Shown one piece after another: positions 57,604 to 64,000 of a stretch of DNA of 64,000 bases. The DNA is taken from positions 83,187 through 147,186 of IMG/VR virus record IMGVR_UViG_3300035670_000028. One strand, written 5' to 3'. This DNA is from a virus. Positions within the stretch are counted from its first letter, which is position 1. Every line of letters begins with the position of its first letter. The notes below the pieces were generated by a model. That model did no database searches and was not told where the DNA came from. It saw only the letters and a program-made list of their open reading frames with translations. Both the position numbers and the translations under genes were made by a program.

Positions 57604-57864
57604 TTGAATCGCTACTTTAAATACGATCAGAGCATTTTGATCGTGTCTGAGTCGATTGTGTCCCACCTCAAGGGGACCAGCGATCCCATCACGCCCCTCG
57701 AAGAGTTGCAGAAAGACGTCGAGTGGCTGCGGTGGCGCATCAATGAGTGCTGGGATCCCTCTGAGGACCCGCACACGCAGCACTACGATGACCTCGTGCG
57801 CATGCTAGCAGCTGAGGCTGTCGATCTCTACGACCACTTCGTCGGCAATGGCGATAAAGTCTAG
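57604..57864 (+). CDS. Hypothetical protein
   Basis: ORF. Confidence 0.5.
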   Translation: MNRYFKYDQSILIVSESIVSHLKGTSDPITPLEELQKDVEWLRWRINECWDPSEDPHTQHYDDLVRMLAAEAVDLYDHFVGNGDKV

Positions 57865-57919
57865 AGACTAGTTACACAAAAGTAAAAGAGTTGCACTAGC
57901 TAGACAGCTACTTATCTTC

Positions 57920-58723
57920 ATGAGAAGGTACGCGTGGCTCAGCGACACTCACATGAATCTCTCTGCCCTCCCGTTTCTCAAGCGCCTCCACCTGATGGGG
58001 GTCAAGAAGATGGGAGCCGATGGCATCTTCATCACCGGCGACATCTCATCAGGTGACTGGCTTGAGTCAGACCTGCGCTTCCTGGCGAGGCACTTCGACG
58101 GTCCCATATACTTTGTCCTGGGCAACCACGATTACCACAAACGACACATTGCCTCAGTCCATGACGATATAAGGCGAGTCTGTAAGGATCATCCCAACCT
58201 GGTCTGGATGACAGAGGCAGGGATCGTTCCTCTCACCGAGGATGTGGCGCTCATCGGAACCGAGGGCTGGTACGATGCGATGCACGGCGATGAGAAGTTG
58301 TTGAGATACACCACAGACTGGTTCCTCACCTTCGACTTTCTCCATGAGAGGGGACACGAGCAGCGAGTCGACCTGTGGCGGGAGATGGCACAGGAGTCTG
58401 CACGAGTGATTGAGGAGAGGTTGACTGAGGCACTCGACACCTACAAGACCGTGTACATCATCACACACTTTCCGCCGTGGAAGGAGGCCACCCGTGATGT
58501 GGGCACGATCCTCGAGAAGTTCTGGCTCCCATACAACACGAATGTGGCGATGGGAGAGGCAATCGAGAGGGCAGTGGGCGGAAGGAGAAAGAAGCGTGTG
58601 ATCGTGCTCGCTGGACACACCCACACGCCGTGCAGGGTCCGTGTGAGCAACTCAATTGAGTGTGCAGTTGCGGGCGCTTCCTACTTCGGCAGGGTTCAAC
58701 CTGAAAGCACCATCATCGTCTGA
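57920..58723 (+). CDS. Calcineurin-like metallophosphoesterase
   Basis: SDTH, TGD, GNHD, THFPP, GHTH. Confidence 0.92.
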   Translation: MRRYAWLSDTHMNLSALPFLKRLHLMGVKKMGADGIFITGDISSGDWLESDLRFLARHFDGPIYFVLGNHDYHKRHIASVHDDIRRVCKDHPNLVWMTEAGIVPLTEDVALIGTEGWYDAMHGDEKLLRYTTDWFLTFDFLHERGHEQRVDLWREMAQESARVIEERLTEALDTYKTVYIITHFPPWKEATRDVGTILEKFWLPYNTNVAMGEAIERAVGGRRKKRVIVLAGHTHTPCRVRVSNSIECAVAGASYFGRVQPESTIIV

Positions 58724-58738
58724 CTTATACTTAGAGAA

Positions 58739-59251
58739 ATGCAGAGAAATTCTACGCTTCGCCGCCTCATACGAGAGATGCTCCTCACAGAGGACGCCAT
58801 TGAGATGGGTGCCATTCGCAAGTCGCTGGAGATGGTGAAGGGCAAGCAATTCAAGAAGGTGCTCGATGACACGAACGAGAAGATAGGCAAAGAGAAAGAC
58901 ACAAATCCTGAGGAAGTTGAGTCACTCAAGTCTGCTTTGAGCGTGCTCAACATGATCGCTCAAGCTCCCGAGGCTGTGAAGGCCCTTGAGAAGGGCATTA
59001 AGATCGAGGACCTCTACGCCGCTGCAGCGAAGATGAACGACAAGCAGAAGAAGATAAACGACCTCTGGGACCAGATGACGATCGATCCTGAGAAGTCTGC
59101 CGTTCTTGATAAGAGCATCATCGATGAGTTCACGAAGGAGATGCAGACCAAGGTGGCGAGACTTCCTGATGAGGCATTCCTACCGAACACTGATGAGCAG
59201 CTGGACGCCTACCTGAAGCAAAAGAAGGGCGTGCGAGTCTCAAAGGGTTGA
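58739..59251 (+). CDS. Tagged hypothetical protein
   Basis: LRRLIREMLLTE; ATACTTA at 58727. Confidence 0.75.
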   Translation: MQRNSTLRRLIREMLLTEDAIEMGAIRKSLEMVKGKQFKKVLDDTNEKIGKEKDTNPEEVESLKSALSVLNMIAQAPEAVKALEKGIKIEDLYAAAAKMNDKQKKINDLWDQMTIDPEKSAVLDKSIIDEFTKEMQTKVARLPDEAFLPNTDEQLDAYLKQKKGVRVSKG

Positions 59252-59256
59252 AACGT

Positions 59257-59796
59257 CTACTCCCAGTAGACGGTCTCACCACGTCTGTAGTGCTTTAGGT
59301 TTGCCTTTGCGTCCTCTCTCGTGAAGTGGTTGTCCTTCAGCGTGAGGAAGTTGTTGGGAAGAAGTGCGAACTGGCCGCTCTCGAGGCCAATGAGATTGAG
59401 TGGCTTGTGCTCAGATGGGTATCGGGAGAAACCGTCAGCCCAGTCAATCATGACTCCGGTGTGCCGACCCTTTGCCTTGAAAGGCGCGTGTACATCACAC
59501 TGCAGCCCCTCGAGGTACTTCGCGTAGAAAGTCTCAGTGTCGTCTCCCATTGAGGCCCAGGGCATGAGCTGCTCCCTCGATATGCTGAAGTCTGACGTGG
59601 TTGACATCGCGTGCAGTGGTAGTCCGCTCCAGTGAGCTCCCGACTCCAGGAACACGTGGCACATGAGCGTCTGATATTCCCTCGCGTACACGCCGTGCCA
59701 TATTCCCTGTGTGACGCCATCGGGCATGTTGAGACCGAGAAATTTGTTGCTCACGTTGACGTATATGTGAAATGGTAGGTTTGCGTGCTTTCCCAT
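59257..59796 (-). CDS. Hypothetical protein
   Basis: Clean minus-strand ORF; ESGA...LPL, EHK, GQFA..PNN motifs. Confidence 0.7.
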   Translation of the reverse strand: MGKHANLPFHIYVNVSNKFLGLNMPDGVTQGIWHGVYAREYQTLMCHVFLESGAHWSGLPLHAMSTTSDFSISREQLMPWASMGDDTETFYAKYLEGLQCDVHAPFKAKGRHTGVMIDWADGFSRYPSEHKPLNLIGLESGQFALLPNNFLTLKDNHFTREDAKANLKHYRRGETVYWE

Positions 59797-59876
59797 GGAA
59801 CAATATTACACAGTGATCTTTCTCGATAAACAATGTGAGGCGTGATGATACTTAAGATCACTTGAGGTAGACACAC

Positions 59877-61052
59877 ATGCGTAAGATTCCACTTAAGTTC
59901 TCCGACATTGATTTTGGTACCGATGAGTTTGGCTACATTGAGACAATGCCGGGTGAGGATCCTGATGACGCGGACATGAGGTACACTAAGTACCTCCGCG
60001 ACAAGGGCGTCATGGCTCGAGTGGATCAAATGGGCAACGTCGTTGTTGAGAGTGTGCAGAACAGGCACAGGCTTCTTCGAGAGACAATTCGGGCCCTGCT
60101 TAGGGAGACCGAGGGTGTCGTCACAACGGGAACACCAGTCCCAGGAGACGCTGATCCCAAGAGGCAGGCGCACATCTTTGACTTCGATGACACGCTCGGC
60201 CTCACAAAGAACTCGAATGGTGTCATGCTGTACAAGGATGGAAAGCCTGCTCACAAGACGAAGGAAGAGGCTGAGAAGTGGCTCAAGTCAATGGGCGTCA
60301 CCTCCAAGAACTATCTTGTTGGCCCTGGAGGTGAGGCATTTGAGACACCTGCAGGGCTCGATGGAATCGCAGCATACATTGACTCAGCGGGCCTCGCAAA
60401 GCTGCAGAAGCAGATTCCTCGCTCCCAGTCATCTGTGAGCCCAAATGCTCCTGTTGATAAGGAGGGCGAGTCTCTCTACATTGACTTCACACCCTCCGCC
60501 TATGTGGATGTCGACACGACAGATCCTATTGGCTCAACGATCCAGAAGCTAAAGACCGCAAACAGCCAGGGCTCTGAGACAATGGTTATCACGGCTCGAG
60601 CCTCTGACAAGAAAAAGCCCGGCGTCAATTTTGCAGGACAGAAAGTGGAACCCTCGAATGCTGAGGACATGCAGAAGTTTCTCTCCTCGCAGGGAGCGGC
60701 TCCGTCCCAGGGTGTGCTCGGCGTGCAGGGCGCGAACAAGGGAAATGAGATCATTAATAAGTTCTTCTCATCTAGATCACCAGATGAGCAGCCTGAGGAA
60801 GTTCACTTCTACGACGACCTCTCCAAGAACACGGAGGAGGTTGACGCAGCTGTCAGCGGAAAGGTTCCCGCCGAGACCTTCATCTACGGTCCAGGTGAGT
60901 TCGCCCACGATGAAGCTAGTCCGGACAATCCAAGCAAGTCATCACCTGCCAATCCTGAGCTCGTCGCCAAGCAGGACGAGGAGGGTGATGTCAAGAAGGA
61001 GGGTCTTGATCCCTACCTCGCCCGAATTCTCCAGCTGGCCGGTATCCGATAG
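59877..61052 (+). CDS. Tagged HAD-superfamily phosphatase
   Basis: FDFDDTL, ITAR, K, FYDD; both tag types; ATACTTA at 59848. Confidence 0.8.
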   Translation: MRKIPLKFSDIDFGTDEFGYIETMPGEDPDDADMRYTKYLRDKGVMARVDQMGNVVVESVQNRHRLLRETIRALLRETEGVVTTGTPVPGDADPKRQAHIFDFDDTLGLTKNSNGVMLYKDGKPAHKTKEEAEKWLKSMGVTSKNYLVGPGGEAFETPAGLDGIAAYIDSAGLAKLQKQIPRSQSSVSPNAPVDKEGESLYIDFTPSAYVDVDTTDPIGSTIQKLKTANSQGSETMVITARASDKKKPGVNFAGQKVEPSNAEDMQKFLSSQGAAPSQGVLGVQGANKGNEIINKFFSSRSPDEQPEEVHFYDDLSKNTEEVDAAVSGKVPAETFIYGPGEFAHDEASPDNPSKSSPANPELVAKQDEEGDVKKEGLDPYLARILQLAGIR

Positions 61053-61079
61053 CCCATACTTATCTTCAGGAGGTGCCAC

Positions 61080-61676
61080 ATGAGCACGTCATTGAAGATA
61101 CAGATAGGCATAGGAATCGCAATACTCGTCCTCGCGATCGCCGGAGTCATCTGGGGCATCTCGAGCCACAGTGAGCCCGGTCTCATGTCAGTGTGCTGGA
61201 GTCAAAGCACGGGCACAGCACTCTACGACTGCGAAGGCGGTGAGGAGATCAGGTGGCCCCGTGAGCGGATCCCACTCTCAGTCAGCACTGATGGCCTGAT
61301 AGGGGAGACGCAGACAGCGATCGACCTGATCAACAGTCAGGTGGGATGTGAGCTCCTGACGTACGCGATGTACGATGACACATCAAACGACATCATCATC
61401 ACCTCGGAGGGCGTGCTTGACCAGAGCACATCGAGGGGCGGCGCGACATGGCACCTGATGGACGGCACGAGGATGAGAGCTCGTATAGATCTCTATGCAC
61501 CCGGTGACCTGGCCCAGCGTGTCATCGTGCATGAGCTCGGGCACGCGCTAGGCCTAGCTCACGACTCTTATCCCGCCTCAATCATGTATCCCACACAGAG
61601 GAGCTCGACAGACCTCCAGTTCATTCGAGTGTCAGACAGCGACAGGGCACTGCTTCGAGATCTCTACTGCGATTGA
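61080..61676 (+). CDS. Matrixin-like (metzincin) metalloprotease with N-terminal TM
   Basis: HELGHALGLAH, Met-turn SIMYP. Confidence 0.88.
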   Translation: MSTSLKIQIGIGIAILVLAIAGVIWGISSHSEPGLMSVCWSQSTGTALYDCEGGEEIRWPRERIPLSVSTDGLIGETQTAIDLINSQVGCELLTYAMYDDTSNDIIITSEGVLDQSTSRGGATWHLMDGTRMRARIDLYAPGDLAQRVIVHELGHALGLAHDSYPASIMYPTQRSSTDLQFIRVSDSDRALLRDLYCD

Positions 61677-61928
61677 TCACGTCACAAAGTCAGTGCTCTT
61701 GAGGGCAAGCACGCGAATCATGCTCTCCCTAGACTTGATCTGTGAAAGTGTCTCCCTCTCTCTCTTGACACCATCAAGTGACTTTGGAGGCTGACCAAAC
61801 TCCCTGTACACGCCCTCCAGCAGAAACTGATGTATCTCAAGTTCTTCAAGTAAGACGTGCAGCATAAGAGTTCGCTCTAAACACTCACCGAACCCATGTT
61901 GAATCTTTTCATCGTCGTGTGATTTCAT
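61677..61928 (-). CDS. Hypothetical protein, probably leaderless
   Basis: ATACTTA on minus strand 5 nt before ATG. Confidence 0.55.
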   Translation of the reverse strand: MKSHDDEKIQHGFGECLERTLMLHVLLEELEIHQFLLEGVYREFGQPPKSLDGVKRERETLSQIKSRESMIRVLALKSTDFVT

Positions 61929-61957
61929 ACTTTTAAGTATGGTTTGTCAAATTGTGT

Positions 61958-61986
61958 GTGCAAGCAGAACAAAGCTGTGGTAGACT
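61958..61986 (+). promoter_or_regulatory. GTGCAA-N17-TAGACT promoter heading the GDLV array
   Basis: Matches recurrent motif. Confidence 0.6.
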
Positions 61987-62015
61987 TATAGCATGACACA
62001 AGAGGTCGCACAGCT

Positions 62016-62231
62016 ATGAGGATCGGTGATCTCGAGCACTTCGCCCCCGGAGATCTGGTCCGGATCTGCCTCCCTCGGAAGCAGCTCTCTCCTCCCCGAG
62101 TGGAGGCCCTCCGAGGCCAGGCTGGATTGATCGTGGCCACCCAGGGCTCCGGCTTCAATGTGAGGTTCGATGTTCTGGTGGGCGGCACCGTTCAAGAGGG
62201 TATCTTCGCCCTCGATCTGGAGCACGCGTGA
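62016..62231 (+). CDS. GDLV array member 1
   Basis: FAPGDLV...GLIV...DLE. Confidence 0.7.
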   Translation: MRIGDLEHFAPGDLVRICLPRKQLSPPRVEALRGQAGLIVATQGSGFNVRFDVLVGGTVQEGIFALDLEHA

Positions 62232-62410
62232 GCACACACAATTTCTCCCCCGGCGATCTCGTGTGCATCATTTATGGCTCCGCAGCTCCGAAGCCCTATC
62301 TCGTTATTGATGCGTGGATCTCCTTCGGGCAGCCTAGGTGCACGATCATCACATCCCGAGGCCCGGTTAGCCTGTGGGCGAGCGAGCTCTTTCGTGTGGA
62401 GGCACCGTGA
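62228..62410 (+). CDS. GDLV array member 2
   Basis: FSPGDLV...EL.RV. Confidence 0.7.
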   Translation: MSTHNFSPGDLVCIIYGSAAPKPYLVIDAWISFGQPRCTIITSRGPVSLWASELFRVEAP

Positions 62411-62613
62411 TGAACGGCGGCCTGAGGGTGGGAGATCTCGTTCGTGTTATCCGCGCTCCGGACCAGCCCAAGTGGGTTCGTGATCTCGCGGGCCAGGTGG
62501 GGATCGTGGTGGAGATCGGATCTCCCTCGAACACGCACGGTAGGAATGTGGTGGTGATCGGTGGCTCCCCACACCCGGGATTCCACCACCTCGATATGGA
62601 GAGGGTGCAGTGA
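62410..62613 (+). CDS. GDLV array member 3
   Basis: LRVGDLV...GIVV...DMERV. Confidence 0.7.
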   Translation: MNGGLRVGDLVRVIRAPDQPKWVRDLAGQVGIVVEIGSPSNTHGRNVVVIGGSPHPGFHHLDMERVQ

Positions 62614-62900
62614 TGGGCAGGCAGAGCATTTACACCCTCAGGCCCGGAGATCTCGTTCGCGTGCTGGCAACTCCGGATATCATGAGGAATTACCCTGATT
62701 ACGCCCACTGCACCGGCACAGTGATCGAGATCCGGCCCGATGAGTTCTACGCGGATACCCAGCGGCCCGATGGCGGCCCATGGCAGGTGGCGAGGATCTT
62801 CGTTCCCGGTGTGGGGAAGCGCTACGGTGGCTCACCCACGAAGGAGTGGAGCCTGAAAGTGTGGGGCGAGGATCTCGAGCTCCTGCAGGAGGCTGAGTGA
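62610..62900 (+). CDS. GDLV array member 4
   Basis: LRPGDLV...GTV...DLELL. Confidence 0.7.
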   Translation: MMGRQSIYTLRPGDLVRVLATPDIMRNYPDYAHCTGTVIEIRPDEFYADTQRPDGGPWQVARIFVPGVGKRYGGSPTKEWSLKVWGEDLELLQEAE

Positions 62901-63187
62901 TGATTGAAGTAGGTAAGCTCTATTCTTGCTCCAAATACTTCCTCCTGCTTTATCCAGATACAGATAGTGCTTCTCTTGCTTTTGAAGCTGGTAAAATCTC
63001 CGAACCTTTTCACGCTACCTACTACTGGAGCAAACAGTTTGGTAAATCTGTAAGCTATTGTAATCCAAAAACTCCTCTCCTTGTTCTCGCAGTAGAGGAA
63101 AAATATGTTGAGGTTCTGGTAGGAGATAAACGGGGTTGGATTATCAATATAGATTGGCTAGAGATTAAGGAGATCTCTTGCACATGA
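62897..63187 (+). CDS. Array member 5 (AT-rich, SH3-like)
   Basis: IEVGKLY...VLVGDKRGWI. Confidence 0.7.
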   Translation: MMIEVGKLYSCSKYFLLLYPDTDSASLAFEAGKISEPFHATYYWSKQFGKSVSYCNPKTPLLVLAVEEKYVEVLVGDKRGWIINIDWLEIKEISCT

Positions 63188-63390
63188 GCCCGCACCCCGG
63201 AGATCTCGTGAAGCTAACCTCAACTCAGGGCGCTGTGAGCATTGGCATCCTCATGGAGGAGAAGCACTCGCACGGCCTGGGCATGAAGGTGCCACCCACA
63301 ATGGTGATCTGGCAGGTTCTCATCCCGCAGGGGGTGTACTCCCACATTCGCGAGGAGGGGTGGAAGATCGAGGTGCTCAGTGCTGCCTGA
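63184..63390 (+). CDS. GDLV array member 6
   Basis: PHPGDLV...GIL...IEVL. Confidence 0.7.
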   Translation: MSPHPGDLVKLTSTQGAVSIGILMEEKHSHGLGMKVPPTMVIWQVLIPQGVYSHIREEGWKIEVLSAA

Positions 63391-63574
63391 GCCCGGCGAT
63401 CTGTGCAGGTGCAAGGAGGGGCGCGGATACTCCTGGTGGGGAGAGCACCTGTGGCTGATGGTGGAGCCTCAGGGCCCCCGCCGCCACGGTGTGATCTCTG
63501 CAGTGTTCCTCAGATCCGATGGCGATCTGATCGAGGCACCGGCATCATTCTTCGAGGTGATCGGTGGCGAGTGA
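63380..63574 (+). CDS. GDLV array member 7
   Basis: PEPGDLC...FEVI. Confidence 0.65.
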   Translation: MLPEPGDLCRCKEGRGYSWWGEHLWLMVEPQGPRRHGVISAVFLRSDGDLIEAPASFFEVIGGE

Positions 63575-63755
63575 TCGTATTCGTGCAGGAGATCTCGTGT
63601 GGGCGCTCGATGAGCACGGGATAACATCCACCCTCGGGCTCCTGATCCGGATGGGATTATCTAAATCCAACAATGATCTCGCCCTGGTTCTGGAGTGCAC
63701 AGGCAGGATCACATGGCACTACCTCACAGATCTAACACCGGTTGAGGATGAGTGA
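63564..63755 (+). CDS. GDLV array member 8
   Basis: IRAGDLV...GLL...DLTPV. Confidence 0.65.
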   Translation: MASDRIRAGDLVWALDEHGITSTLGLLIRMGLSKSNNDLALVLECTGRITWHYLTDLTPVEDE

Positions 63756-64000
63756 TGGGTAGGAAGAGGCGCAGCTTCGTATCGAGGATCAAGCCAGGGG
63801 CACTGGTAACCTGTGATAACAAGGTTCTGCCCTGCATGTGCACTGCGCTCGATCCCCACCAGGATCCCTGGAATGTTCCCCGCAAGGTGGCACTGGGGAG
63901 GGGTGAGGCTGCCCTCGTGGTGGAGAAGCACTCGCGCTCGATCGGTGCGCACATTCCGGTTTGGGTGCTGCTGATCAGGGGAGAGTTCGCCTTCGTGGAT
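63755..64000 (+). CDS. Array member 9, truncated by window end
   Basis: TGATG overlap; IKPGALV; frame open to the end. Confidence 0.6.
   Translation, partial: MGRKRRSFVSRIKPGALVTCDNKVLPCMCTALDPHQDPWNVPRKVALGRGEAALVVEKHSRSIGAHIPVWVLLIRGEFAFVD

Noticed and set aside
1-64000. Stop-codon reassignment
   Set aside because: Conserved enzymes are full length in code 11, and TGA, TAA and TAG all terminate genes at tight junctions.
1-64000. Abundant CTCGAG/GAGCTC/TCGA and locally GATC as a repeat or methylation signal
   Set aside because: Largely explained by Leu-Glu, Glu-Leu and Asp-Leu codon pairs; a codon-controlled count is needed and could not be done.
62016-64000. Integron or diversity-generating retroelement behind the small-gene array
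   Set aside because: No attC-like spacers (genes overlap), no integrase or reverse transcriptase in the window, and no template/variable repeat pair.

Overview
This is a 64-kb, densely coding, mostly + strand segment of a large tailed dsDNA bacteriophage (jumbo/T4-like gene content, standard code 11, Shine-Dalgarno signals). The host is probably Gram-negative, judging by lipoproteins and spanin-like genes. No CRISPR array, rRNA, integrase, terminase or major capsid gene is recognisable. Recognisable genes include a 5'-3' exonuclease, GroEL, a sigma70-family factor, peptide deformylase, ATP-dependent DNA ligase, TilS, IMPDH/GMP reductase, a GIY-YIG nuclease, a deaminase, cytidylyltransferases, Dps-like, ParB-like, SNase, amidase, phenylalanine hydroxylase and a pterin dehydratase-like protein, UvsE, dUTPase, thioredoxin, ThyX, hemolysin III, PolX, an AAA ATPase, phosphoesterases, a matrixin and two tRNAs. 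The main unexplained patterns are: (1) a sigma factor that stops after region 4.1, followed by a separate coupled gene resembling the missing region-4.2 helix-turn-helix (a possible split sigma); (2) two recurrent promoter classes, a -10-only ATA(C/T/G)TTA and GTGYAA-N17-TAnnnT, many feeding leaderless starts and some embedded in SD-sequestering hairpins; (3) about 20 unrelated proteins sharing LRxxIRxxLxE and/or RxxxLAG(L/I) peptide tags, mostly behind the ATAYTTA motif; (4) a long-variable-arm (class II) tRNA with a CAU anticodon near TilS; (5) more than 20 small 'GDLV' SH3/KOW-like genes, nine of them in a coupled array. All calls come from reading motifs by eye; no database search was run.
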